From Alphaproteobacteria bacterium (GTDB lineage: Bacteria; Pseudomonadota; Alphaproteobacteria; SP197), in contig OZ219747.1 of assembly GCA_964291265.2 (NCBI GenBank), positions 2,912,001 to 2,976,000 on the forward strand: a DNA stretch of 64,000 nucleotides, written 5' to 3'. A model generated the notes under the pieces. That model had not been told where the DNA came from and searched no databases. It saw nothing but the letters and a program-made list of their open reading frames with translations. How positions within the stretch are numbered: the stretch's first letter is position 1; every line of letters begins with the position of its first letter. This document shows positions 47,789-58,295 of the stretch, piece by piece. The position numbers were made by a program, and so were the translations under genes.

Positions 47789-48817
47789 ATGGACAAGAAC
47801 TGGACGGCTCTGATCAAGCCCAGGAAGCTGCAGATCATTCCCGGAATGGACGCTTCGCGCGAGGCGGACATCGTTGTCGAACCCCTTGAGAGGGGTTTCG
47901 GTACGACCCTGGGCAATGCCCTGAGACGGATTCTGCTGTCGTCGCTGCGTGGCGCTGCCGTGGTCGGCGTGCGCGTGAACGATGTCGTTCACGAGTTCTC
48001 TTCGATTCGCGGCGTGCACGAGGACCTCACCGACATCATTCTCAACATCAAGGCGCTGGCCATCAAGATGCACAGCGACCATGCGCCGGATCAGCCACGA
48101 CGCGTCTTCCTCAGCGCCAGCGAGCCTGGCGCGGTGTTGGCCGGCCGCATTGACGGTGGGGCGGATTTCGAGGTGCTGGATCCCGATCATGTCATCTGCA
48201 CCCTCGATGCCGGGACCAGCCTGGACATGGAACTCCACGTGGCAACCGGCAACGGCTACGTTCCCGCTTCGCGCCACCGCGACGAGGAGGCGCAGATCGG
48301 GCTGATCCCCATCGACGCCATCTACAGTCCGGTGCGCAAGGTTGCCTTCAAGGTGGAGAACAGTCGCGTCGGTCAGGTGACGGACTACGACAGGCTGGCC
48401 ATGTCCGTGGAAACCAACGGTGCGGTCAGTCCCGAGGACGCCGTGGCTCTGGCGGCGCGCATCCTCCAGGAACAGCTGCAGCCTTTCGTCAACTTCGAAG
48501 AGCCGCAGGAACTTGTTCATCACGACGATGTGCGGGAGCCGGAGTTCAACAGGCATCTGCTACGCAAGATCGATGAACTCGAACTCTCGGTGCGCTCGGC
48601 CAACTGTCTCAAGGGAGACAACATCGTCTACATCGGCGACCTCGTTCAGAAGTCCGAGTCGGAAATGATGCGGACCCCGAACTTCGGCCGCAAGTCACTC
48701 AACGAGATCAAGGAAGTGCTGGCGCAGATGCAGCTCGGACTCGACATGAATCTGCCGGATTGGCCGCCGGAGAACATCGAGGAGCTGGCGCGGCGCTACG
48801 AGAATCCCTTCAACTGA
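47789..48817 (+). CDS. rpoA: RNA polymerase alpha subunit
   Basis: [45 protein letters not shown]. Confidence 0.99.
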   Translation: MDKNWTALIKPRKLQIIPGMDASREADIVVEPLERGFGTTLGNALRRILLSSLRGAAVVGVRVNDVVHEFSSIRGVHEDLTDIILNIKALAIKMHSDHAPDQPRRVFLSASEPGAVLAGRIDGGADFEVLDPDHVICTLDAGTSLDMELHVATGNGYVPASRHRDEEAQIGLIPIDAIYSPVRKVAFKVENSRVGQVTDYDRLAMSVETNGAVSPEDAVALAARILQEQLQPFVNFEEPQELVHHDDVREPEFNRHLLRKIDELELSVRSANCLKGDNIVYIGDLVQKSESEMMRTPNFGRKSLNEIKEVLAQMQLGLDMNLPDWPPENIEELARRYENPFN

Positions 48818-48835
48818 CGAGGACAGGAGAGGGTC

Positions 48836-49243
48836 ATGCGACACCGGCATTCGGGGCGCAAGCTCAATCGAACGAGCGCACACCGTACCGCCATGCTGCG
48901 CAACATGGCAGCAGCGCTGATCAAGCACGAGCAGATCATCACCACCCTTGCCAAGGCGAAGGAAGTGTCTCCCTATGTCGAGAAGCTCGTGACACTGGGC
49001 AAGCGCGGTACGCTTCACTCCCGGCGCCTTGCCCATGCGAGGCTGCGTGACGACGCGATGCTGGTGAAGCTGTTCGAGACCCTGGCACCGCGTTACGAGG
49101 ATCGCGCTGGCGGCTACACCAGGGTGCTCAAGGCGGGCTTTCGTTACGGCGACAGCGCGCCCATGGCGGTCGTCGAGCTCGTCGACCGTGACGAGGACGC
49201 CAAGGGCCAGGACTCGGGCTCGCTGCCGCAGAGTGAAGACTGA
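48836..49243 (+). CDS. rplQ: 50S ribosomal protein L17
   Basis: [25 protein letters not shown]. Confidence 0.98.
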   Translation: MRHRHSGRKLNRTSAHRTAMLRNMAAALIKHEQIITTLAKAKEVSPYVEKLVTLGKRGTLHSRRLAHARLRDDAMLVKLFETLAPRYEDRAGGYTRVLKAGFRYGDSAPMAVVELVDRDEDAKGQDSGSLPQSED

Positions 49244-49291
49244 AGGCTGAACCGGCCCATTCGGGGCGCCGCGGCCCCTGCCACCACGGGC

Positions 49292-49606
49292 TCAGGCGTG
49301 GAACAACGTGTCGCTCCGTCCCGCCCGGTCGTCGATCTCGATGACCCAGAGATCGGGATCGTAGGTCTCCTGGCGGGCCAGATGGCGGTCCGCCTCCGCC
49401 TCGTCGAGGACCCTGTGCACGGTGGACGTGTGATCTTCCCGCGACACCTGCAGGATGTTGACCTCATCGGCGCCTTTCACCAGTTTCAGCCATATCTCCC
49501 CGGCTTGCGCATCGCCGCGCCGCAGCACGTAGACGGGCACGGCGGCAAGATCGCAGCGGCGCAGGAAGGCCTGGACCCACACGGTCGAGGCGAGCCGGAT
49601 GGACAT
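49292..49606 (-). CDS. DUF1491 family protein
   Basis: RL...WV.A.LRR, RRGDAQAG, DPDLWVIEIDD signature. Confidence 0.8.
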   Translation of the reverse strand: MSIRLASTVWVQAFLRRCDLAAVPVYVLRRGDAQAGEIWLKLVKGADEVNILQVSREDHTSTVHRVLDEAEADRHLARQETYDPDLWVIEIDDRAGRSDTLFHA

Positions 49607-49752
49607 CTTTCAAGCTTCCTTCATCGTGGCATCGGTTGTCGAAGGCATGGCGCCATGATGACCGATCCCTTCGCCAGGCGCCACCGGCAGTTGCCGCCTC
49701 GACCACGGGCGGTGCACCATGGCATCCCTCCAGCTGGGGAAGGAACGGGTGC

Positions 49753-51048
49753 TTGAAGGGTCTCTTTGAAGACGGTGTACCGCGGCCGCTGGCCGATCGC
49801 ATGCGTCCGGCGGTGCTGGAGGATGTCGTGGGGCAGGACCATCTGCTGAAGCAGGATGGTCCGCTGGGGCGCATGGTGGCCCAGGGACGCCTTGCCTCGA
49901 TGATCCTCTGGGGGCCGCCAGGAACCGGCAAGACCACCATTGCCCGGCTCATCGCCGAACGGGTCGATCTCGCCTTCGATCCCGTGTCGGCCGTGTTCTC
50001 CGGAGTGGCGGACCTGAGGAAGGTCTTCGAACGGGCCCGCTCGCGGCGCGCCACGGGCCTTGGCACACTGCTCTTTGTCGATGAGATCCATCGCTTCAAC
50101 AAGGCTCAGCAGGATGCCATGCTGCCCTTCGTCGAGGACGGCACTGTCGTTCTTGTGGGCGCCACCACCGAAAACCCCTCCTTCGAAGTCAACCAGGCCC
50201 TGGTGTCGCGGTGCCAGGTGCTGGTCCTGGAGCGGCTGGCCCTGGACGCGCTGGGTCAACTTCTGTGCCGGGCCGAGAAACTCCGGCAACGGACCCTGCC
50301 GCTGGACGACGATGCCCGCCTGGCCCTTGCGGCCATGGCCGATGGTGACGGCCGCTTCCTGCTCAACATCGCCGAAGAACTGCTCTCTCTCGATGTGCCG
50401 TCGCCGCTGGACCGGCAGGGCCTGGCGGATGTGGTGCAGCGCCGGGTGCCAGTCTACGACAAGGCCGAGGAGGGTCACTACAACCTTGTCAGCGCCCTTC
50501 ACAAGTCGGTCCGGGGATCGGATCCGGATGCCTCGCTCTACTGGCTCGCACGCATCCTCCAGGCGGGCGAGGATCCGCTCTTCGTTATCCGCCGTGTCAT
50601 CCGCATGGCGGTCGAGGACATCGGTCTTGCTGACCCCGCGGCACTCACCCAGGCGGTGGCCGCCCGGGATGCCTTTGCCTTCCTCGGATCGCCGGAAGGG
50701 GAACTGGCCATTGCCCAGGCGGTCCTCTACTGCGCCACCGCTCCGAAGTCCAACGCCGCCTACCGCGCCTTTTCCGCCGCCACGAAGAGTGCCAGGGTCG
50801 AAGGAAGCCCGATGCCGCCCAAGATCATCCTCAATGCTCCGACGCGGCTCATGAAGGATCTCGGTTACGGCGAGGGATACCGTTACGACCACGATGCTCC
50901 GGCGGCCTTTTCCGGACAGGACTATTTCCCGGAAGGCATGGGGAGGCAGCAGTTCTACAGGCCGGTGGAACGGGGATTCGAGCGCGAAATCGCCAAGCGC
51001 CTGGCCTATTGGGAACGGCTGCGCCAGCAGGCCGGAGAGGACAGGTGA
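49753..51048 (+). CDS. rarA: Replication-associated recombination protein A (MgsA)
   Basis: PLADRMRP, WGPPGTGKTT, DEIHRFNKAQQD, GATTENP, SALHKSVRGSD. Confidence 0.96.
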   Translation: MKGLFEDGVPRPLADRMRPAVLEDVVGQDHLLKQDGPLGRMVAQGRLASMILWGPPGTGKTTIARLIAERVDLAFDPVSAVFSGVADLRKVFERARSRRATGLGTLLFVDEIHRFNKAQQDAMLPFVEDGTVVLVGATTENPSFEVNQALVSRCQVLVLERLALDALGQLLCRAEKLRQRTLPLDDDARLALAAMADGDGRFLLNIAEELLSLDVPSPLDRQGLADVVQRRVPVYDKAEEGHYNLVSALHKSVRGSDPDASLYWLARILQAGEDPLFVIRRVIRMAVEDIGLADPAALTQAVAARDAFAFLGSPEGELAIAQAVLYCATAPKSNAAYRAFSAATKSARVEGSPMPPKIILNAPTRLMKDLGYGEGYRYDHDAPAAFSGQDYFPEGMGRQQFYRPVERGFEREIAKRLAYWERLRQQAGEDR

Positions 51049-51428
51049 TCAAGGCCTGTCTCTTCGTTGCTGCCGGCGGCGCGCTGGGCGCGGTGGGCCG
51101 CTTTCTCGTGACGACCGGTGCAACGGCGTTTCTGGGAAGCGGCTTCCCCTGGGGTACTCTCGTCGTCAATGTCGCGGGCTCCTTCCTTCTCGGGATCCTG
51201 GTCGGATTGCTGTCAGCCGCCTGGACGCCGCCCGGAGACATGAGACTCTTTCTCGCCACCGGCTTTCTCGGGGCTTTCACAACGTTCTCGGCCTTTTCTC
51301 TCGATGTGGTGAGCGCGTTCGAGCGCGGGCACAACTCCCTTGCGACCCTCTACGTCGTTGCCTCGGTGGTGGTCTCGGTCCTGGCGCTGCTGGCAGGGCT
51401 TCGCCTCATGCGCGTCGTTCTCGCATGA
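51045..51428 (+). CDS. crcB: Fluoride efflux channel
   Basis: GGALGAVGR, PWGTLVVN, TGFLGAFTTFS. Confidence 0.95.
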   Translation: MIKACLFVAAGGALGAVGRFLVTTGATAFLGSGFPWGTLVVNVAGSFLLGILVGLLSAAWTPPGDMRLFLATGFLGAFTTFSAFSLDVVSAFERGHNSLATLYVVASVVVSVLALLAGLRLMRVVLA

Positions 51429-52384
51429 GAGCGGTCACCCACGTCACCGTCGCCGCCGCCGATGTCGGCATGCGTCTTGATCGCTGGTTCCGCCAGCGCT
51501 TTCCCCATGTGACCCACGGACATCTCTCGAAACTCCTGCGTACGGGCCAGATTCGCCTCGATGGCGGGAGGTGCGGCACGGGAACGAGGCTGCAGGCCGG
51601 CCAGACGGTTCGGCTGCCTCCTCTTCCTGCGGCGCCTGCGGCAGCGGAACCGGTCGGCCCGTCGTCCGATTGCCGTGACCTCGAGGACATTGCCGCGCGG
51701 GTCATGCACATGGACGACTGGATCATGGCCATCGACAAGCCGGCAGGTCTTGCCGTGCAGGGCGGTAGCGGACTGTCCCGCCATCTCGACGCCCTGCTGG
51801 ACGGGTTGCGCTTTGGTGCGGAGGAGAGGCCGCGCCTGGTTCATCGCCTCGACAGGCAGACCAGCGGCATCCTGCTTCTGGCTCGCCATGCTCCGGCGGC
51901 GCGCGCCCTGCAAGCCTGCTTCAGGGACGGCAAGGTCGAAAAGACGTACTGGGCACTCGTCGCCGGAGTTCCGGACCTGCCGCGGGACGGTCGCCTTGTC
52001 ATGCGGCTTGTCAAGCGGGGCAGGCCGGGGCGCGAGCGTGTCGAGGTCGCCGAAGAAGGTGGGCGGCGCGCCGTGACGTTCGCGCGCATCGTTGCAAGCG
52101 CTGGCCGTGTCGCCGCATGGCTTGAGTTGCGGCCGCTGACCGGGCGCACCCACCAGCTCAGGGTGCACTGCGCCGCCATCGGCCATCCGATCATCGGGGA
52201 TGGCAAGTACGGCAGCCGCAGGCGAGGACGGATCACGCCCGCCCGACGCCTTCACCTCCACGCGCAGTCGCTTCACCTGCCGCACCCCGAGGGCGGCACG
52301 CTGAACCTCGTCTGCGCCCTGCCGCGGGATTTGCGGGAGAGCTGGGAGATGTTGGGACTCGACGTGGACGGGGACGGACCGTGA
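51425..52384 (+). CDS. rluC: RluA/RluC family pseudouridine synthase with S4 domain
   Basis: RLDRWF, KPAGLAVQGG, VHRLDRQTSG, TGRTHQLRVH. Confidence 0.85.
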   Translation: MRAVTHVTVAAADVGMRLDRWFRQRFPHVTHGHLSKLLRTGQIRLDGGRCGTGTRLQAGQTVRLPPLPAAPAAAEPVGPSSDCRDLEDIAARVMHMDDWIMAIDKPAGLAVQGGSGLSRHLDALLDGLRFGAEERPRLVHRLDRQTSGILLLARHAPAARALQACFRDGKVEKTYWALVAGVPDLPRDGRLVMRLVKRGRPGRERVEVAEEGGRRAVTFARIVASAGRVAAWLELRPLTGRTHQLRVHCAAIGHPIIGDGKYGSRRRGRITPARRLHLHAQSLHLPHPEGGTLNLVCALPRDLRESWEMLGLDVDGDGP

Positions 52385-53082
52385 AACGCCGATACGCGGC
52401 CTCCGGTGTCGTCGGGAGTGAAGGAGACTACCGTGTCGAGCTCGACGGTCGGCCGGTGACGACACCGGCACGGCAGCTCCTTCGCGTTCCATCGAAGCCC
52501 CTTGGCGACGCCATTGCCGGAGAGTGGGCAGGCCAGGGACAGTGCATCGACCCCGCCGCCATGCCACTGATGCGCCTCGCCGCCACGGCCATTGACCGGG
52601 TTGCGCCCGATCCCGCACGCGTCATGGCCGGTCTCGTGGCCTGGGGGATGAGCGATCTCGTGTGTTATCGCGCTGATCATCCGGTGGAGCTGATCAGGCG
52701 CCAGGCGGTGTGCTGGCAGCCCCTTGTCGACTGGATCGCGGCAGAGCACGGTGCGGCACTGGCCGTCACCACCGGGGTCATGCCGCTTGAACAGTCCCCG
52801 GAAGCGATCAACGCCCTTCGCTCAGTCGTCGAGGGCCTTGACAGTTTCCACCTCGTTGCGGTCCACAGCATCGCCAGCGCCACCGGTTCACTGGTCATTG
52901 CCCTGGCACTCCTTGCCGGACGCCTGGGTGCCGGGGAGGCCTTTCGGGCCGGCGCCCTCGACGATCTGTGGTCCCTCGAGGTGTGGGGCGATGACGCCGC
53001 AGCACGGCGCGGGCTGAATGCCAGGCAGACGGCCATTCACGAAGCTGACAGCCTTCTTCGTCTGCTTCGTCACAAGGCATGA
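52381..53082 (+). CDS. ATP12 family chaperone
   Basis: LDGRPVTTP, EW..Q, MPLMRLA, DLVCYRA, WG.D. Confidence 0.9.
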   Translation: MKRRYAASGVVGSEGDYRVELDGRPVTTPARQLLRVPSKPLGDAIAGEWAGQGQCIDPAAMPLMRLAATAIDRVAPDPARVMAGLVAWGMSDLVCYRADHPVELIRRQAVCWQPLVDWIAAEHGAALAVTTGVMPLEQSPEAINALRSVVEGLDSFHLVAVHSIASATGSLVIALALLAGRLGAGEAFRAGALDDLWSLEVWGDDAAARRGLNARQTAIHEADSLLRLLRHKA

Positions 53083-53125
53083 ACCTTGGTATGCTGGTCA
53101 GTGACCTCAATCAGGCGGATGATGG

Positions 53126-54661
53126 ATGATGCAGGATGTGATCGGTGAACTGACGGAGCGTCGCGCCCGCGCCCGGGAAGGGGGGGGGGAAGGACGCATT
53201 GCCCGCCAGCACGCCAAGGGGAAACTGAGCGCGCGCGAACGCATCGAACTGCTCCTGGACGAAGGCTCCTTCGAGGAATGGGACATGTTTGTCGAACATC
53301 GCTCGGCGGAGTTCGGCATGGCCGACCACAAGGTGCCGGGTGACGGGGTCGTGACCGGTTGGGGAACCATCAACGGTCGCCTGGCTTTCGTCTTCAGCCA
53401 GGACTTCACCGTGTTCGGAGGCTCGCTCTCGGAATCCCACGCCACCAAGATCTGCAAGATCATGGACCGCGCCATCCAGGTGGGGGCGCCGGTGATCGGA
53501 CTCAACGACAGTGGCGGTGCGCGTATCCAGGAGGGCGTGGATTCCCTTGCCGGCTATGCCGAGGTGTTCCAGCGCAATGTCCTTGCCTCAGGGGTCGTGC
53601 CACAGGTGTCGCTGATCATGGGACCCTGCGCCGGCGGGGCAGTCTATTCCCCGGCGATGACCGACTTCATCTTCATGGTGAAGGATACCTCCTACATGTT
53701 CGTGACCGGTCCCGATGTGGTGAAAACGGTGACCCACGAGATTGTCAGTCATGAGGATCTTGGCGGCGCCGTGACCCACACCACGCGGTCCGGCGTGGCG
53801 GACCTCGCGTGGGACAACGATGTCGAGGCCCTGGCGCAGGCACGGCGCCTGGTGAATTTCCTGCCGGCCTCGAATCGCCAGCCCCCCCCGGTTCTCGAGA
53901 CCTCCGATCCCTTCGACCGGGTCGAACCTTCCCTGGACACCCTGGTGCCCTCCAATCCGCACAAGCCCTACGACATCAAGGAACTCATCGCGAGGGTGGT
54001 GGACGAGCAGGACTTCTTCGAGATCCAGCCGGCCCACGCGGCCAACATCGTTGTCGGGTTCGCCCGCATGGAAGGCTCGACGGTGGGCCTTGTCGCCAAT
54101 CAGCCCATGGTGCTGGCCGGTTGCCTCGATATCGAGGCAGCGCGCAAGGCGGCGCGATTCGTTCGCTTCTGTGACTGCTTCAACATTCCGATCATCACCT
54201 TCGTCGACGTTCCGGGATTCCTGCCTGGAACCGATCAGGAACACGGCGGGATCATCAAGCACGGCTCCAAACTCCTCTATGCCTTTGCCGAGGCAACGGT
54301 GCCGAAACTCACCTGCATCACGCGCAAGGCCTATGGCGGCGCCTATGTCGTCATGGCCTCGAAGCACCTGCGTGGCGACATCAACTACGCATGGCCGACG
54401 GCGGAGGTGGCGGTCATGGGGTCAAAGGGGGCGGTCGAGATCATATTCCGTTCCGATCTCGACGATCCGGAGCGCATGGAGGCTCGCACGGCAGAATACC
54501 AGGAGCGCTTTGCCAGTCCCTTCGTCGCCGCGTCGAGGGGATTCGTCGACGACGTCATCATGCCGCGCAATACGCGCCGGCGACTGTGCAACGGGCTTCG
54601 CATGCTGCGCGGCAAGGAGCTGCGCAACCCGTGGAAGAAGCACGACAACATTCCTCTGTAA
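53126..54661 (+). CDS. pccB: Propionyl-CoA carboxylase beta (carboxyltransferase) subunit
   Basis: [49 protein letters not shown]. Confidence 0.95.
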   Translation: MMQDVIGELTERRARAREGGGEGRIARQHAKGKLSARERIELLLDEGSFEEWDMFVEHRSAEFGMADHKVPGDGVVTGWGTINGRLAFVFSQDFTVFGGSLSESHATKICKIMDRAIQVGAPVIGLNDSGGARIQEGVDSLAGYAEVFQRNVLASGVVPQVSLIMGPCAGGAVYSPAMTDFIFMVKDTSYMFVTGPDVVKTVTHEIVSHEDLGGAVTHTTRSGVADLAWDNDVEALAQARRLVNFLPASNRQPPPVLETSDPFDRVEPSLDTLVPSNPHKPYDIKELIARVVDEQDFFEIQPAHAANIVVGFARMEGSTVGLVANQPMVLAGCLDIEAARKAARFVRFCDCFNIPIITFVDVPGFLPGTDQEHGGIIKHGSKLLYAFAEATVPKLTCITRKAYGGAYVVMASKHLRGDINYAWPTAEVAVMGSKGAVEIIFRSDLDDPERMEARTAEYQERFASPFVAASRGFVDDVIMPRNTRRRLCNGLRMLRGKELRNPWKKHDNIPL

Positions 54662-54673
54662 TCGACGTGGTGC

Positions 54674-56677
54674 GTGGATGTGTTCAAGCGAATTCTCATA
54701 GCCAACCGGGGGGAGATCGCCTGCCGGATCATCACGACGTGCCGGGCGCTGGATATCGCCGCGGTCGCGGTTCATTCCGAGGCCGACGAGGATGCGCTCC
54801 ATGTGCGGATGGCCGATGAGTCCTTTCCAATCGGGCCACCGCCGCCTGGCGAGAGCTACCTTGTCATCGACAGGATCGTCGATGCCCTTGTGAGATCCGG
54901 CGCCGAAGCCGTCCATCCGGGTTTCGGTTTTCTGGCCGAGAACGCCCGTTTCGTCGAGGCGGTCGAGGCCGCGGGTGCCGTCTTCATCGGCCCGCCTGCC
55001 CGCGCCGTTGCCGCCATGGGCGACAAGATCGAATCCAGGAGGATCGCCGAAACCGCCGGGGTCAGCGTGGTTCCCGGCAGCGCTTCCGAGACGCGTGATG
55101 CCGACGAGGCCATCGCGGCTGCCCGCGACATCGGATATCCGATCATGATCAAGCCGGCAGCCGGTGGCGGCGGCAAGGGAATGCGGGTGGTTGGCGATGA
55201 CGATGAACTGATCGAGGGTTTCCGGTCCTCGCAATCGGAAGCCGCCACTGCGTTCGGCGACTCCCGGGTTTTTCTCGAGAAGTTCATCACACGCCCGCGC
55301 CATGTCGAAATCCAGCTTCTGGCCGACGACCACGGCTCCGTGGTGGCCCTCAACGAGCGGGAGTGCTCGATCCAGAGGCGTCATCAGAAGGTGATCGAGG
55401 AAGCGCCGAGCCCGCTCATCGACGAGGAGACGCGCCGGGCGATGGCCGGGGAGGCGTGCGCCCTGGCGCGCGCCGTCAACTACCGCTCTGCGGGCACGGT
55501 CGAGTTCGTCGTCGACCCTGACAGGAACTTCTACTTCATGGAGATGAACACCCGTCTCCAGGTCGAGCATCCGGTGACGGAATTCATCACCGGCGTCGAT
55601 ATCGTCGAACAGATGATCCGCATCGCTGCCGGCGAGCCCCTCGCCTTCACCGCCGACGATGTCGGCATCGACGGCTGGTCCATCGAGGCGCGAATCTATG
55701 CCGAGGATTCACGCCGCGGCTTTCTCCCCTCGATCGGCCGCCTGCACACCTACCGGCCTCCGCACACCACCCGGTCGTTGAGGATCGACAGTGGCGTGGA
55801 GGAGGGGTCCGAGGTGACGATGTTCTACGACCCCATGATCGCCAAGCTGGTGGTGCATGGCGAGGACCGGCGGGCCGCCATGGCCGCGATGCGTCACGCA
55901 CTCGATTCCTTCGAGATCAGGGGTGTGCAGCACAACATCGACTTCCTGGCAGCGATCATGCGTGATCCCGAGTTTGCCGCAGGGAACACGACGACCGCCT
56001 TCATCGATGACACCTGGCCTGACGGCTTTTCCGGCGCGCCCGTGACGGAGCGCGAGAGGACGGTGCTGACCGGTGTGGGCCTTCTCGCCCACCTCAGGGT
56101 CCTCGAACGCGACCGCCGGATCACGGGCACGGTGCGCGAACCGGAGCCGATGCCCCGTGACTGGGTCGTGCAGTTTTTCGGCGAGCAGTTCGCGGTGTCG
56201 GCCCGATTGACCGGGGACGGCATCGTCTGGAAGGACGGCGAGCGCGACATCACGGTGACAAGCTCCTGGAGCCCGGGTCAGACGCTGTTTCAGGGTGAGG
56301 TGGATGGCCGCCCGGCCGTTGTCCAGGTACAACGCAAGGGGGCCTCATGGGACCTTTCCCACGCCGGAGTCAGCGAGCGGATGACGGTGCTGTCGGGCGG
56401 AGCGGCGATGCTGTTGTCGCGGATGCCGGCGAGACCCGCAGCCGATTTCTCCCGCCTTGTCACCTCGCCGATGCCCGGGCGCATCGTCGATCTGGCGGTC
56501 GGCGACGGCGACGATATCGAGACGGGTCAGGTGCTCGTCGTCATCGACGCCATGAAGATGGAGAACGTGCTGAGGGCGGAGCGTTCCGGTACGATCGCGA
56601 AGGTGCATGTCGCTGTCGGCGACTCGGTCTCCGTTGATTCCATACTCCTCGAGTACGCCGCTCGTTCCTCCCCATGA
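54674..56677 (+). CDS. pccA: Propionyl-CoA carboxylase alpha subunit (biotin carboxylase + BCCP)
   Basis: ILIANRGEIA, RECSIQRRHQK, EMNTRLQVEHPVTE, biotinylation site AMKM; alternative GTG start at 54680. Confidence 0.93.
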   Translation: MDVFKRILIANRGEIACRIITTCRALDIAAVAVHSEADEDALHVRMADESFPIGPPPPGESYLVIDRIVDALVRSGAEAVHPGFGFLAENARFVEAVEAAGAVFIGPPARAVAAMGDKIESRRIAETAGVSVVPGSASETRDADEAIAAARDIGYPIMIKPAAGGGGKGMRVVGDDDELIEGFRSSQSEAATAFGDSRVFLEKFITRPRHVEIQLLADDHGSVVALNERECSIQRRHQKVIEEAPSPLIDEETRRAMAGEACALARAVNYRSAGTVEFVVDPDRNFYFMEMNTRLQVEHPVTEFITGVDIVEQMIRIAAGEPLAFTADDVGIDGWSIEARIYAEDSRRGFLPSIGRLHTYRPPHTTRSLRIDSGVEEGSEVTMFYDPMIAKLVVHGEDRRAAMAAMRHALDSFEIRGVQHNIDFLAAIMRDPEFAAGNTTTAFIDDTWPDGFSGAPVTERERTVLTGVGLLAHLRVLERDRRITGTVREPEPMPRDWVVQFFGEQFAVSARLTGDGIVWKDGERDITVTSSWSPGQTLFQGEVDGRPAVVQVQRKGASWDLSHAGVSERMTVLSGGAAMLLSRMPARPAADFSRLVTSPMPGRIVDLAVGDGDDIETGQVLVVIDAMKMENVLRAERSGTIAKVHVAVGDSVSVDSILLEYAARSSP

Positions 56678-56970
56678 CCACCGGTTCCGGTCACGAAAGG
56701 CGGGTGCACGTGACGGTCACCGGCCGCGTACAGGGCGTGTGGTACCGGGCATGGACACGCGAGGAAGCGCGCGATCTCGGTCTTGACGGTTGGGTTCGCA
56801 ACCGTCGTGACGGTTCAGTGGAGGCGGTCCTTGCCGGCAGCCGGGAGGACATCCGGACCATGCTGGGCCTCCTGGAACAGGGCCCGCCGCTGGCCGTTGT
56901 CGAGACGGTCACGTGGGAGCCGTTCGCGGAAGAGGTGGCGTGCGGTTTCGCTCAACGCTCCACGCTGTGA
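56674..56970 (+). CDS. acyP: Acylphosphatase
   Basis: GRVQGVWYR, GWVRNRRDGSVE, GPP. Confidence 0.93.
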   Translation: MTTGSGHERRVHVTVTGRVQGVWYRAWTREEARDLGLDGWVRNRRDGSVEAVLAGSREDIRTMLGLLEQGPPLAVVETVTWEPFAEEVACGFAQRSTL

Positions 56971-57593
56971 AACACGTCCCCGAAGGTCTCTTCCATGGCC
57001 GTGCGCAGCGCATCGGCATCGGCATCGATACCGAGCGCCGCCAGGGATGTCACGCCGTGAGACCTGATGCCGCAAGGCACGATGCGTTTGTAGGGCGCGA
57101 GATCCGGTGCGCGGTTGATGCTGATTCCGTGATACGTCACCCAGCGGCGCACGCGTATGCCGATGGCCGCGATCTTGTCCTCGCGGCCGCACGGCTCGAC
57201 CACCCAGACCCCGACGCGGTCCCGGCGGCATTGACTCGTCACACCAAGGCACTCCAGTGTCCGGATGACCCAGGTTTCAAGGCAAGCGACAAAGGCATGC
57301 AGATCATGTCCCCGGCGGGCGAGATCGAGCATGACGTAGGCAATCTGCTGTCCCGGTCCATGCCAGGTGTAGCGGCCGCCACGCCCGGTGCGGTAGACCG
57401 GAATGTCTCCTGCATCGATGAGTTCGTCATCCCGCGCACTCGTTCCCGCCGTGAAGAGGCTCGGGTGTTCGAGCAGCCACACCGTTTCCGGCGCTTCGCC
57501 GACGCGAATGTCGGCAACCGTCTCCTCCATGGAGCGCACCGCATCCGGATAGCCCACCGGCCGGTCGCTCACCTTCCAGCGAACAACACTCAT
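56952..57593 (-). CDS. lipB: Lipoyl(octanoyl) transferase
   Basis: WLLEHP, RGGRYTWHGPGQ, KIAAIGIRV, HGISIN, IVPCGI. Confidence 0.96.
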   Translation of the reverse strand: MSVVRWKVSDRPVGYPDAVRSMEETVADIRVGEAPETVWLLEHPSLFTAGTSARDDELIDAGDIPVYRTGRGGRYTWHGPGQQIAYVMLDLARRGHDLHAFVACLETWVIRTLECLGVTSQCRRDRVGVWVVEPCGREDKIAAIGIRVRRWVTYHGISINRAPDLAPYKRIVPCGIRSHGVTSLAALGIDADADALRTAMEETFGDVFHSVER

Positions 57594-57863
57594 GGGCCCC
57601 AGCCTAGCACATCACGAACACCTCCCGGAACCAGCCCGCTCCTGATCACCGGTCCATGCTCTGGCCTTGCCGTGCGGACCTGATGCCATCTCCCGACACG
57701 TCATCCGTCCACCGACATGACCTTGGCAGGTAAGCCGGAAACACTCGGGCGAACGTCTAGCAGGTCCGCTTAGCACACCCTTGCCACGGTCGTACATGTC
57801 GATACACTTGCATTCCATCGACATGACCATCGATCCCTGTCGGTGACGTTCCTGCTGTGCGTT

Positions 57864-58295
57864 AAGCCGAAGTTCCGGACGATTTCCTGCTGATCTTCAC
57901 AACAACTCGCTGATTTTGCGCTATTTGTCGGATCCATCAGGTTTCACAGTGTACCCATGTACAAATGCATCTTGTGTTTGACATATGTCCGTGGTGCGCC
58001 TATGCAAGGTAGCCATGTATATCGAAGCCCTCAACAACTGATCCCCTCCATGCGCCATCATGCTCCACGAGCCCCCGGCGCGAAGCCGGAAAGGTCAAGA
58101 AGCGCACACACCGTGGCGCTCCACCTTGCGGGCGCCGGGCCCTTCCAGGTCACCACGCGGCCCACGCCGCTCCAGAGAAGAGCACTCAAGCTCCTCGGCG
58201 TAAAGCCGTAGTGTACCCAGTCAGACGCCTCTGAGATCCATATAATGTCATTTGTATCAGACAGTTGCGCCTGATCGGCCCTGGAACTTCGGGCT
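57864..58295 (+). mobile_element. Internally deleted IS1634-like element (MITE, about 430 bp)
   Basis: Inverted ends CCGAAGTTCC (57867-57876) and GGAACTTCGG (58283-58292); decayed transposase N-terminus MYIEA...GKVKKRT joined directly to C-terminus TRPTPLQRRALKLLGV. Confidence 0.75.
57978..58006 (+). promoter_or_regulatory. Retained transposase promoter within the MITE
   Basis: TTGACA-N17-TATGCA just upstream of the ATG at 58015. Confidence 0.45.
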
